NCBI GenBank assembly: GCA_964496525.1
Contig: CAZCAD010000001.1
Coordinates: 1 to 28,306, forward strand
Length of the DNA: 28,306 bases
Reading direction: 5' to 3'
Origin: an uncultured Flavobacteriales bacterium
Lineage (GTDB): Bacteria > Bacteroidota > Bacteroidia > Flavobacteriales_D > Crocinitomicaceae
The notes under the pieces were generated by a model, which worked only from the letters and a program-made list of their open reading frames with translations, was not told where the DNA came from and ran no database searches. The position numbers and the translations under genes were made by a program. Shown here in pieces: positions 1-8,984 of this stretch. Every line of letters starts with the position of its first letter. The first letter of the stretch is position 1.

Positions 1-11
1 GGATTGATTTG

Positions 12-412
12 TGGAGCCGGAGGGGATCGAACCCTCGTCCAAACAATGAGCTAATATCACTTCTACATGCTTATTCTGTGATTGATTTTAGAGCTAAAGC
101 CGGACACGGACACCCTACTCTAACCTTAGCTGCGATGAGCTTCACCGGTGCATCACAGCCCTGCACTGACTAGTCTGAAACTTGATGTCTAAACCCACTC
201 TCTTCAGACAGGAGAAATGGTAGACAGTTAGTTCCCCTTACTATAATTCAGGTGGAATTAAGCATAATCAAACTAAGTTCGATTATGCAGCTAACGCGTA
301 AGAATTATTGTTGTCAATTATTCTAGTGTGCGATACCGTTTTACGAGAGAAATCGCATTGCTCGACATGCTTAGACATCAACCGCAATTGCAGTCAAATC
401 CAAGTCGGCCCC
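12..412 (-). ncRNA. ssrA: tmRNA (transfer-messenger RNA)
   Basis: Reverse complement starts GGGGCCGACTTGGATTTGAC and ends with T-arm GAGGGTTCGATCCCCTC plus CGGCTCCA. The acceptor stem GGGGCCG/CGGCUCC has the G3:U alanine determinant. The internal tag frame (315 to 283) encodes DNNNSYALAA-stop. CCA is not fully genome-encoded (CAA follows the discriminator A). Confidence 0.97.
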
Positions 413-425
413 AAAGAACTAAGAG

Positions 426-433
426 CAAAGGTA
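426..433 (-). promoter_or_regulatory. Bacteroidota sigma-A -7 box (TACCTTTG) for ssrA
   Basis: Exact TAnnTTTG match 13 nt upstream of the mature tmRNA 5' end. Confidence 0.75.
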
Positions 434-446
434 GTTAATTAGGGAT

Positions 447-938
447 TTATTCGTTCTTGTATTCGTCGACAACCTCAGTATTAATGAGTCCAATATTCAC
501 CATGCCCTCTTCTTGATCATAAAATTTTATGGTTAGCATATACTTTTCGTACTCCCAGTATTTAGATTCGTCTTCGCCCAGCTTAATAATTATTTTAGTA
601 GATGGTCCGTAATCTTTTTCCATCACCTTTAGCATCTCCCTGAAACATGGCAAGCCGCACGGATAAAATTGCCACCACATATTACTCAGGTGACCTTTAT
701 AAAATGAGAGCTTTAGATCGTATGCTCTCCGACCGAAGGGAGTCATATCAGATCCTGTGTAATAGTAATATGTGCTGTTGCCATTCTTGCTGTCATAGCG
801 AAGGTCTGTAAAATCGTCCGGTGTCAATCCTAGTTTAAATTCATTGTAACCATTGTCATCTGCCAGCTTTTTAGCCGACTGTGCATGGGTTGAACTTATC
901 GCTAAAAATGTGATAAGTGATAGAAATAATGATTTCAT
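447..938 (-). CDS. Exported hypothetical protein, 163 aa
   Basis: Sec-type signal peptide MKSLFLSLITFLAISSTHA-Q and an A-rich initiation context. No family recognised. Confidence 0.8.
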   Translation of the reverse strand: MKSLFLSLITFLAISSTHAQSAKKLADDNGYNEFKLGLTPDDFTDLRYDSKNGNSTYYYYTGSDMTPFGRRAYDLKLSFYKGHLSNMWWQFYPCGLPCFREMLKVMEKDYGPSTKIIIKLGEDESKYWEYEKYMLTIKFYDQEEGMVNIGLINTEVVDEYKNE

Positions 939-1000
939 AGTTTAATAGTTTTAAGTTTTTACAAAAGTGAAACGTAAAACTTTCCAGAAAGTAACGCTTC

Positions 1001-1855
1001 CTACAAATGAAAACGAAAAGAAACCTCCAATGCTAGAGAGTTAGTGCGCCGAATTGTATTGATGAGCATGCTATCCCAGCCACCGCCCTGATTTGTTTGC
1101 AATGTATAGGTAGAACCTCCCAAACCTTCTAAAAATTCGAGCGGACTTAAGCGAGGAAAAAACTCATCCTGAACAAAAAACATAGATCCTATTGGGAACG
1201 ACAGTCCGGTGACAATTGAAAAATGCTGAGTCAGTGGCCAGACTCTTCCCATTTTACCCTGCAGGGTTAGGTTGTGAACTCTTTTCTTACTGCTATCAGT
1301 AAAAGAAATGCTTTCGGTGAAAATTTCTTGTTGTTTTACAAAAAATCCGCCGGTTGTCGTTCCGAGATCGCCCCAGCGTATTGCTCTTCCGGAACCAACA
1401 CTGGCACTGCCAAAGTGTAGCGAAAAGCCCAGGTATTTTCCAATTGGGGATATTGACCCCTTGCGATAAAATTTCAACTCGAACTTAGCACTCAAAAGTG
1501 TGGCCTTAGGAGCCAAAATTAAATCTTCAATCGGAAGACTTGTTCCCGGATTAAAACGCCCGTCTATCGAAGACTCACGAAATTGACTGTACTCAGCCCC
1601 AAAAGAAAGTTCCATTCTTCGGCTGGTCACAAAGTTGTAATTGATTCCAATATTTGAATGTACTAACCTCAATGGCCTCTTAAGGAAGTCAACACCCAGG
1701 GAATTTGTCTTAATATTATCTCTTCGTTTTAAACTGGAGGCAATATCAACCTTTACCTCAAACGAATGCCGCGAACCGTAATACCCGGTTTGTGCGAACG
1801 ATATATATGAAAAAGCCGAGCATAAAAACGCTATGATAATTCCTTTCTTACTCAT
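1001..1855 (-). CDS. Putative outer-membrane beta-barrel protein, 284 aa
   Basis: Signal peptide ending SFA-Q. About eight alternating hydrophobic strands (IGINYNF, LSFGAEY, AKFELKFY, YLGFSLHF, LQGKMGRVW, LALEVSFRFHL at the C-terminus). The start overlaps the upstream stop (TAATG). Barrel call is by pattern only. Confidence 0.6.
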   Translation of the reverse strand: MSKKGIIIAFLCSAFSYISFAQTGYYGSRHSFEVKVDIASSLKRRDNIKTNSLGVDFLKRPLRLVHSNIGINYNFVTSRRMELSFGAEYSQFRESSIDGRFNPGTSLPIEDLILAPKATLLSAKFELKFYRKGSISPIGKYLGFSLHFGSASVGSGRAIRWGDLGTTTGGFFVKQQEIFTESISFTDSSKKRVHNLTLQGKMGRVWPLTQHFSIVTGLSFPIGSMFFVQDEFFPRLSPLEFLEGLGGSTYTLQTNQGGGWDSMLINTIRRTNSLALEVSFRFHL

Positions 1856-4095
1856 TATTTGACCGCTCTTTTATCCTCTTTTCCCAGTTGATACAATACA
1901 TCGAAAACATACGCCTGCAAAATCATATCAACCCCTTTTAAATTAACCGTTTCGCTCTGTGCAAATTCCACCTGATCTGTTTCAGCATCAATACTGAGAG
2001 CAGTTAAGGTGAAGTAATTATGTGGAATGATTAAGTCAATCAAGGCAATTGGTGAAGTATAAACCGCCATAATCGCATACAAATGCCATGTGCTAAATGA
2101 ATTTCGGTCTTTAAACATTTGAACTCCGGTAAATAAATAATGTGATGTGCCGTGTTTTTCGTTCAATCCCAACATAATATCTCTGGAGGACGAAATCATT
2201 TTTATTTCATCATGTGAAAGCACCTCCGACACCCACTCAAACAATATTCCGATTTCATTGTATTTTTCAACTTGATTGGCTCGCAATTGCTTTGAGTCAA
2301 CCAATTCAATTTCCAAATCAACTCGCCTATACTTTTTAGAATAGATATTGGCCATACCAACCTTTTTACTCTCCGATTTAGCCAGGTTTTGACGCCCTTT
2401 TGTTTTGAAATTCTCAAAGAGCGGATCAACGACGACAACTTTGTCAAGCCCCAATCGATACCCTCTCTTTCTTAATCGTTTACGCTCTGCATACGATAAT
2501 TCGGTCACCGGCTCCTCTTCAATTTTATCCTTCATATCCTTCAAATCATCGATTAAGTCATCATCTTTCACTACATCATAAAGAGCAAATAAATGAAAAT
2601 CGTCAAGTGCAATTTCTTCATCCTTGCTGTCATCAAGCATGCCACGCAGCTTCTTCTTGAGCTTAATCTTTTCATATTTTGACAAATCAGATTCATCAAC
2701 TTTCTTGATAGAGTCCTGCACATCAAATGTCTTTAGCTCCTCGGTTAACTCTGCCTGATACTGATTAAATGTCTTGTCCTTGAGGTTTCTAAAGTCAAAT
2801 TTAGATTTAGCCACCAACTCCCGCTGCATATCTTCCAAATAGACTTTACCCATTTTGTTTTTAGGATATTTTTTTGCAAAATCAATCGCATATCGCAAAG
2901 CCATGACATTTAGTTGTGATCGCTTTAGCTGTTTCAAAAGGAAATGAAGCTTGTAGCTTTCGCCCTCAATTTTCTTTGGCTTAACGATCACATCATAATA
3001 CCGGTTTGCATTTTTGTACTTCGCTAATCCATACCAACACTTAACAAATGCAAGCTCTAAAAACTCACTGTCCGGATATTTTTTCTGTAGCAAGTAGATG
3101 GAATAAATCGCCCTACCGTATGAGCAGTTCGCTAAGTGAAGATTTATGTGCTCAAAACGACAAAGATCTCTTACTTTAAAAAAGTCATCTTCTGATATCT
3201 TGAATTTTAAATCTCCCTTAGACTTTTTTTTACCGATGTAGTCCACGGCTTCATCCATTCGTTTTTCAATATTCGGGTGAGTGCTTCCTTCATCGTCATA
3301 ATCTTTTTCTAAAGAGATTTGCTTAATCGTATCAGGATAATAACTGCCCGGTACAATAAGTGCTTCTGTATTCAAATAGGTCGTATCGACTTGAATATCA
3401 TCGAAAGGTAAATACGAGAAGAGAAGAACTTCAAAAGAAGAAAAAATCTCGTCCACCGCATATTCCGAATCCAGGTAAATGTCAATTCCCCCGATGTCCG
3501 CTTCCAACTCATTCTTTTTGTCATAAACACTCATCTGCGAGATTCGCTCATCATAATTTTGGCGTTTGTACTCACCTCTTCCGGACTCCATTCGCTGTTC
3601 TTCGATGTAGCCTTCCTGAAGATGTTTCTCCGTATAATGTGAAATCTCGTGTGCAAGAATGTAGGCGAGCTGTGCCTCATTTTCTAATGTTGCGATTAAA
3701 CCGGTGGTAATAAATATAATTCCCTGATCTGTGGAGAAGGCGTTTGCCACAGTCGTTTTTAGAACATAGAACCGCAACTCTTCCTGTAGTTTTTTCTCCC
3801 TGCGAAGAAGATTTTTCGCGACTTTGTTCAGGTATTTTGTGCATGGATCATTAAACAGGACTCTACCACTTAACAAGAGTTCATCAATAAAAAAGCGTGT
3901 GGATAAAAAGAAATCTTTGTCAAGCTCCTTATTCTCATTCTTTTTTATATCCTCTTTGTACTTATCAATTGTGAGTCTAAGGAAATCTTGCGGAATCATT
4001 CCTTCAGAGCGAAGAGACCTAAAATTTGAAAGATTCTGACTATACGTTGACGTGCAGAGTAATAAACAAAAAAACGGAACTAAATTTTTTATCAT
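1855..4095 (-). CDS. M48-family zinc metalloprotease with large C-terminal extension, 746 aa
   Basis: Signal peptide, NAFSTDQGIIFITTGLI, ENEAQLAYILAHEISH (HExxH), ELEAD third ligand and STHPNIEKRM, all typical of M48. Confidence 0.9.
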   Translation of the reverse strand: MIKNLVPFFCLLLCTSTYSQNLSNFRSLRSEGMIPQDFLRLTIDKYKEDIKKNENKELDKDFFLSTRFFIDELLLSGRVLFNDPCTKYLNKVAKNLLRREKKLQEELRFYVLKTTVANAFSTDQGIIFITTGLIATLENEAQLAYILAHEISHYTEKHLQEGYIEEQRMESGRGEYKRQNYDERISQMSVYDKKNELEADIGGIDIYLDSEYAVDEIFSSFEVLLFSYLPFDDIQVDTTYLNTEALIVPGSYYPDTIKQISLEKDYDDEGSTHPNIEKRMDEAVDYIGKKKSKGDLKFKISEDDFFKVRDLCRFEHINLHLANCSYGRAIYSIYLLQKKYPDSEFLELAFVKCWYGLAKYKNANRYYDVIVKPKKIEGESYKLHFLLKQLKRSQLNVMALRYAIDFAKKYPKNKMGKVYLEDMQRELVAKSKFDFRNLKDKTFNQYQAELTEELKTFDVQDSIKKVDESDLSKYEKIKLKKKLRGMLDDSKDEEIALDDFHLFALYDVVKDDDLIDDLKDMKDKIEEEPVTELSYAERKRLRKRGYRLGLDKVVVVDPLFENFKTKGRQNLAKSESKKVGMANIYSKKYRRVDLEIELVDSKQLRANQVEKYNEIGILFEWVSEVLSHDEIKMISSSRDIMLGLNEKHGTSHYLFTGVQMFKDRNSFSTWHLYAIMAVYTSPIALIDLIIPHNYFTLTALSIDAETDQVEFAQSETVNLKGVDMILQAYVFDVLYQLGKEDKRAVK

Positions 4096-4173
4096 AAGCT
4101 TACCATAAATTGAATGTGATCTGATCAGGAAAACAGCTAAAAAAGCTCGAAACTGTCAGTCTAACGAGATGTA

Positions 4174-4181
4174 CAAATATA
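4174..4181 (-). promoter_or_regulatory. -7 box (TATATTTG) for the M48/beta-barrel operon
   Basis: Exact TAnnTTTG on the minus strand about 80 nt upstream of the 4095 start. Confidence 0.6.
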
Positions 4182-4286
4182 CTAATTCGCAAAATGTAGA
4201 AAGTTCCGCAACTCTGAATCTTAATCATTTTAGAAAGAATTGTTGACAAATAACCACCAGTCGAAGAATCCAAATGAAATAGTTTA

Positions 4287-4294
4287 TACTTTTG
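4287..4294 (+). promoter_or_regulatory. -7 box (TACTTTTG) for the dehydrogenase gene
   Basis: Exact TAnnTTTG 42 nt upstream of ATG 4337. Confidence 0.6.
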
Positions 4295-4336
4295 TCGCGG
4301 GCATAGAAATGGCGACAGCTAAGACAGCAAATAGGA

Positions 4337-5560
4337 ATGAACGCGATTAAGCTCGGAATTATAAAGGAATTAAAGTTTCCTGTTGATAAAAGAGTGCCCT
4401 TGACTCCTGCTCATTGTTTGGAGGTTTTAGAAAAATATTCTAATGTTGAGATTTTTGTTCAAAAGAGTGAAATTCGATCATTCAAAGATAAAGAATATGA
4501 ACAGTCAGGAATCACCTCAGTAGATGACATTTCACACTGTGATATTTTCATGGGAGTAAAAGAAGTTCCGGAAAACGCGCTTATTCCGAGCAAAAAATAC
4601 ATGTTTTTCTCGCACACTTTTAAGGGACAAACATACAATCGAAGCTTATTGCAAACAATTATCGCAAAGTGCATTCAGTTAATCGATTATGAAACGCTGA
4701 CCAACAAAAAGGGTCATCGTATTATAGGATTTGGTCGATATGCCGGTATCGTTGGTTGTTACAATGGACTTAGGGCTTTGGGCATGAAAAAGGAACTCTA
4801 TGATCTCAAACTCGCTAATCAATGTCATGATTATGTGGAATTGAAGCAAGAATTGAAAAAAGTTCAACTTCCCTCATCGACAAAAATAGTTTCAACCGGC
4901 TTTGGCAGAGTCGGTAATGGAGCAGCTGAAATTTTTAATAGTCTTGGTCTAAGGGAAGTCTTCGCAGAGGATTTACTTAATCAGGAATTTAATGAGCCCG
5001 TATATACGCGATTAGGGGTTGAGGAATATTACGCAACGGTCGATGGAAGTGACTTCGATCGCAAGGACTTCTTCAAAAGTGGTGAAGGATACATTTCAAC
5101 TTTTCCGAGATACCTGGAAGTAGCTGACTTGTTTGTGGCTTGTCATTATTGGGATGCAAGCTCGCCCTACATCGTGGATCGTGAAGCTTTAAAGAATCCA
5201 GCTATCAAAGTATCTGTGATCGCCGATATTTCATGCGATATTAATGGACCGATTGCTTCGACCCTTCGTGCCTCAAGCATTGGCAATCCACTGTATGGTT
5301 ATGATCCGAAGGACGAATCGGAAACTGAATTCATGGCAGATGGCTCAATCGGTGTAATGGCGGTAGATAATCTTCCCTGCGAATTACCCAGGGACGCGTC
5401 AGAAGGATTTGGTCGAGATTTGATCGATCATGTTTTCCCGTTTCTATTGGGCGGAGAAGACCCGGATAGAATCATTGAAAGGGCCAGTGAGACTAGTCTT
5501 GAAGGCGAACTGATGCCAAAATATGCTTACTTGGGCTCCTACCTGCTTGGAAAAGACTAA
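4337..5560 (+). CDS. Saccharopine dehydrogenase (Lys1-like) / AlaDH-PNT family NAD(P)-dependent oxidoreductase
   Basis: LGIIKE..DKRVPLTP, MGVKEVP, YMFFSHTFKGQ, LIDYETL, IGFGRYAGIVG, TGFGRVGNGA Rossmann motif, IADISCD and AVDNLPCELP match the AlaDH/PNT-Lys1 fold. Confidence 0.85.
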   Translation: MNAIKLGIIKELKFPVDKRVPLTPAHCLEVLEKYSNVEIFVQKSEIRSFKDKEYEQSGITSVDDISHCDIFMGVKEVPENALIPSKKYMFFSHTFKGQTYNRSLLQTIIAKCIQLIDYETLTNKKGHRIIGFGRYAGIVGCYNGLRALGMKKELYDLKLANQCHDYVELKQELKKVQLPSSTKIVSTGFGRVGNGAAEIFNSLGLREVFAEDLLNQEFNEPVYTRLGVEEYYATVDGSDFDRKDFFKSGEGYISTFPRYLEVADLFVACHYWDASSPYIVDREALKNPAIKVSVIADISCDINGPIASTLRASSIGNPLYGYDPKDESETEFMADGSIGVMAVDNLPCELPRDASEGFGRDLIDHVFPFLLGGEDPDRIIERASETSLEGELMPKYAYLGSYLLGKD

Positions 5561-5756
5561 AATTTCTCCATTTCTTATCTTTTAGAATCATTAGAGATTA
5601 GACCATTATTAATGGCCAAATTAAGCACGACTTAGTCCCTTGATTGAGCCCGATCTGTCTCTATAAAAAAGTTGTTCATCGAAATATGTAACCTTTTGTC
5701 CTTAAAACGAGTTACATGGGGAGGTTGAGTGGAATAAAAAAAAATGAATTTAGGGC

Positions 5757-5787
5757 TTGACACGTATATTGAATTAGCTTAAATTCG
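5757..5787 (+). promoter_or_regulatory. Putative sigma-A promoter of rpoD (TTG-N20-TAAATTCG)
   Basis: TTG at 5757 and a one-mismatch -7 box at 5780-5787, with spacing that fits the Bacteroidota consensus. Confidence 0.5.
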
Positions 5788-5819
5788 CAGACCAGTAATT
5801 AAAGAAAGGAAATTAAAGA

Positions 5820-6686
5820 ATGAGGCAGTTAAAGATTACAAAATCCATAACTAACCGTGAGAGTCAATCCCTTGACAAGTATCTTCAGGATATTGGTAAG
5901 GAGGAACTCATTACTGCTGAGACTGAAGTTGAATTGGCTAAAAGAATCAAGCAAGGTGACCAAGAGGCCCTTGAAAAACTAACTAAAGCCAATTTAAGAT
6001 TCGTGGTATCGGTAGCCAAGCAGTACCAAAATCAGGGTCTTACTTTGCCGGATTTGATCAATGAAGGAAATCTCGGTTTAATTAAGGCAGCACAAAAATT
6101 TGACGAAACAAGGGGATTTAAATTTATCTCTTACGCTGTATGGTGGATTCGTCAGTCGATTCTTCAGGCATTGGCCGAACAAGCGCGTATTGTTCGATTG
6201 CCCCTGAACCAGGTTGGATCGTTAAATAAAATCAACAAGGCTTTCTCTAAATTGGAGCAAGAGTATGAAAGACCACCGTCTGCTGAAGAGCTGGCTGAGG
6301 TTCTTGAAGTGCCTGAGGACAAGATTAAGGAAAGCATGAAAGTAGCAGGACGTCACGTTTCAATGGACGCTCCCCTCTCTTCTTCTGAAGATGGCGGAAC
6401 GTTGATGGATGTGATGGCGAATGCAGATTCTCCTAAAGCAGATAAGCTATTGATGGCTGAGTCGCTTCAAAAGGAAATCGAGCGTTCGCTTTCTACTTTG
6501 ACAGATAAAGAACGAGAGATCATCCGTTTGTTCTTTGGAATTGGAATGAACCACGGATTGACGCTGGAAGAGATCGGAGCAAAATTCAATCTGACTCGTG
6601 AGCGTGTACGTCAAATTAAAGAAAAGGCGATCCGTCGTCTAAGACATACATCCAGAAACAAATTACTCAAAGCATATTTGGGATAG
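5820..6686 (+). CDS. rpoD: Primary RNA polymerase sigma factor (Bacteroidota SigA/RpoD, 288 aa, lacks region 1.1)
   Basis: [23 protein letters not shown]-terminus, [44 protein letters not shown] and region 4 [21 protein letters not shown]. Confidence 0.97.
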   Translation: MRQLKITKSITNRESQSLDKYLQDIGKEELITAETEVELAKRIKQGDQEALEKLTKANLRFVVSVAKQYQNQGLTLPDLINEGNLGLIKAAQKFDETRGFKFISYAVWWIRQSILQALAEQARIVRLPLNQVGSLNKINKAFSKLEQEYERPPSAEELAEVLEVPEDKIKESMKVAGRHVSMDAPLSSSEDGGTLMDVMANADSPKADKLLMAESLQKEIERSLSTLTDKEREIIRLFFGIGMNHGLTLEEIGAKFNLTRERVRQIKEKAIRRLRHTSRNKLLKAYLG

Positions 6687-6719
6687 TTTTATATTAGAAG
6701 AAGGCTGTCGCAAGACAGT

Positions 6720-6768
6720 AAAAAAAAACCGCCAGTCCCGATAACTATCGAGAGAGCGGTTTTTTTTT
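6720..6768. terminator. Intrinsic (bidirectional-looking) terminator after rpoD
   Basis: A9-CCGC ... GCGG-T9 stem with a 23-nt internal segment that itself folds. It is preceded by a CTGTC-GCAA-GACAG GNRA hairpin at 6705-6718. Confidence 0.85.
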
Positions 6769-6815
6769 GCCCTTAAATGAACGTTTGCTACACTCAGCTT
6801 TATTAATTTACAAGA

Positions 6816-7811
6816 ATGAAACCATCCAAAATAGTGTTGTTAGTAGCAGGGATCCTGATATCTTTGGGCACTTATGGCCAGTTAACCGCTCCAATCCTCC
6901 CCAAAGCAGTCTTGGAAAATCCGGAATTCCTAAAAAATCAAAAACGAAGTCAGCGTTTTTATCAAAGCAGCGATGAGGCCTGGCAGATTATTGAAGGATT
7001 CGATCAAAATGGATTCAAAAACTATTCTTCAGCCGGAACATCATGGGGCTATGATTCAAAACCTTATGTAGTAGATTTTGTCAGAAACAATGAAGGACGG
7101 GTCACTGAAAAGACTGTTCGAACATCATCCGATACCTCCACCATTTACCTCTATACACTTAATAATTTTGGTAAAGCAATTAAGAAAGTGGGCTTCGAAG
7201 TCTACAATGACAATAAAGATTCATCTTATTTCGAAAAGCATGTTTCCGCGCAGATAAATGACTCCACTTTTTTGGTAAAAAAAATGATGTTTGAGTTCAA
7301 TACTCAGCGCTATTTGCGATTCTATGATCCCGATATGGTGCATCAAGGGGAGTTCGGTAAGGATAAATGGGTTGTAAAAGCTGAGATGAAAATCACGACT
7401 GGCGATGGCTATATTCAAATTCGAACAGATTATAAAGGTCCAAAAATTCATAGCTACGATAAGACGGGAATAGAGACCGAGAAATTTTATTTTGACGATC
7501 AAAAGCGAGTGGTTAAACTGGAAAGCTGGGAGGATGGATCTCCGGAAAATGTTAGACGCACAGAATATGAATATTTGAATGGCCGCTTAATCAGCAAAAA
7601 ATATTATTCTTTCAAGGGTGAAGAGGTCGTAAAAGAGCTTAGGACACTTTATGACTATCTGGAAAACGGAAATATGAATGCGATTGAAGTGTATGGCGAT
7701 ATGCTCCAGCGCGATAAATTCGAATATGATGATCAGAATCGACTTATAAAGCGGGTATCATCTGATGATAAAACCGGACATAAAGATAGCTGGGTCTTTG
7801 AATATGAATAA
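6816..7811 (+). CDS. Exported protein with YD/RHS-like beta repeats, 331 aa
   Basis: Signal peptide ending TYG-Q. Repeats YFDDQKRVVK, YEYLNGRLIS, YDYLENGNMN, FEYDDQNRLIK. Confidence 0.75.
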   Translation: MKPSKIVLLVAGILISLGTYGQLTAPILPKAVLENPEFLKNQKRSQRFYQSSDEAWQIIEGFDQNGFKNYSSAGTSWGYDSKPYVVDFVRNNEGRVTEKTVRTSSDTSTIYLYTLNNFGKAIKKVGFEVYNDNKDSSYFEKHVSAQINDSTFLVKKMMFEFNTQRYLRFYDPDMVHQGEFGKDKWVVKAEMKITTGDGYIQIRTDYKGPKIHSYDKTGIETEKFYFDDQKRVVKLESWEDGSPENVRRTEYEYLNGRLISKKYYSFKGEEVVKELRTLYDYLENGNMNAIEVYGDMLQRDKFEYDDQNRLIKRVSSDDKTGHKDSWVFEYE

Positions 7812-7853
7812 GGCAGAATCTTAAAATAAGCCATCCTTTATTACCTTTCGATT

Positions 7854-8840
7854 ATGTTCGTTCCAAAAATTCAAGCTCAAACAAAGGCAATTCTCATTCT
7901 GTTTTACCTGATGACAAATCACGCCCATGCTCAATTTGAAATTCCTGTGGCGCCGGATTTGAATCAGGAAACAAGGCAAACCAATAAAGATATTATCGTT
8001 ACGGAATCTTCTGAAGGCGGCTACGCGGAGTTTAAGAAAGACCTCTACTATAATTCAAAAGGACAAATCTACAAAGAGGTCAATTTTGACTTAAAAGGAC
8101 CCGACAGCACGCAGATTAAGGAGATTGTCCTTTTTTTGTATGACCAAAAAGGAAATCCAACCGAAGAGAAAACAATCGACATCTGGGGGGACGCAAAGGT
8201 CATTTACCGTGCTTATGATGACATGAATCGGATCAGCTTCATCAGTATAATTAAAATCGATTCCGGTGGTACTGTAATCGATACCCTGGATATGGAGCGC
8301 AATAGCTACATCACGAATCAAAAGGTTCAGGTCCTTCGTTACAGTCGTTTCGAATTTGACGATCAAGATTACTACTATTCCGAAGATCCGTATGGAGAAA
8401 TCTATGAGTATAATAAGGGAAATAATGAATGGGTGGTTCACGATAGTGTGGTTATAACAATAACCCAAAATGGAATCGTTGAAAGGATGGGTTCAAATAT
8501 GTATCGATACCTTGGAGATAGCGAAGGAAGGCTCATAAAAAAGGAAATGTGGGATTTCAGCAGTCCGGAACGAATTCATTCAACTGAATACAGCTATGAA
8601 AATGGACAATTGATTTTCGAAAAGGTATATAAGATAAATGGCGATGAACGCATCGAAGAAGGGAATACGAATTATACCTATTCCGGATCTCGGGGACAAC
8701 TAATTCGAATGGATGCCAAAGATGAATATAGTATTTACAGTGACAGCTACGAATATGACAAGCAAGGAAGGCTGCTCAAGGTAGTTATCGAGATGGATGG
8801 AATTAGTGAAATCATTCGCTATAGCTACCGTTCGCTGTAA
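7854..8840 (+). CDS. Exported protein with YD/RHS-like beta repeats, 328 aa; paralog of the upstream gene
   Basis: Signal peptide ending AHA-Q. Repeats YYNSKGQIYK, YDQKGNPTE, YDDMNRIS, YSYENGQLIF, YEYDKQGRLLK. The C-terminal half aligns by eye with 6816..7811. Confidence 0.75.
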   Translation: MFVPKIQAQTKAILILFYLMTNHAHAQFEIPVAPDLNQETRQTNKDIIVTESSEGGYAEFKKDLYYNSKGQIYKEVNFDLKGPDSTQIKEIVLFLYDQKGNPTEEKTIDIWGDAKVIYRAYDDMNRISFISIIKIDSGGTVIDTLDMERNSYITNQKVQVLRYSRFEFDDQDYYYSEDPYGEIYEYNKGNNEWVVHDSVVITITQNGIVERMGSNMYRYLGDSEGRLIKKEMWDFSSPERIHSTEYSYENGQLIFEKVYKINGDERIEEGNTNYTYSGSRGQLIRMDAKDEYSIYSDSYEYDKQGRLLKVVIEMDGISEIIRYSYRSL

Positions 8841-8908
8841 GTTCTTACCGAATGTTAATAATTATCAACAAACTCTAAACAAATTCCAATAATTCGGAAT
8901 TTTGAAAT

Positions 8909-8916
8909 TACCTTTG
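8909..8916 (+). promoter_or_regulatory. -7 box (TACCTTTG-CAGC) for gap
   Basis: Exact TAnnTTTG 68 nt upstream of ATG 8985. Confidence 0.7.
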
Positions 8917-8984
8917 CAGCGGCTTTAACGTAAAGCTTTTGAAATAGATAAATTATCGAAACAACAACCACTAATCCAGTTGAT

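Noticed and set aside
1-938. Genomic island integrated at tmRNA
   Set aside because: No integrase or att duplication in the window, and these genes lie on the 5' side of ssrA rather than the usual 3' insertion side.
4309-4350. 13-aa upstream ORF (MATAKTANRNERD) overlapping the dehydrogenase start out of frame
   Set aside because: No amino-acid run or attenuator hairpin, and a weak initiation context; expected by chance.
6816-8840. RHS polymorphic toxin-immunity pair
   Set aside because: Both proteins are short paralogs with signal peptides, with no DPxG core, toxin tip or small immunity gene.
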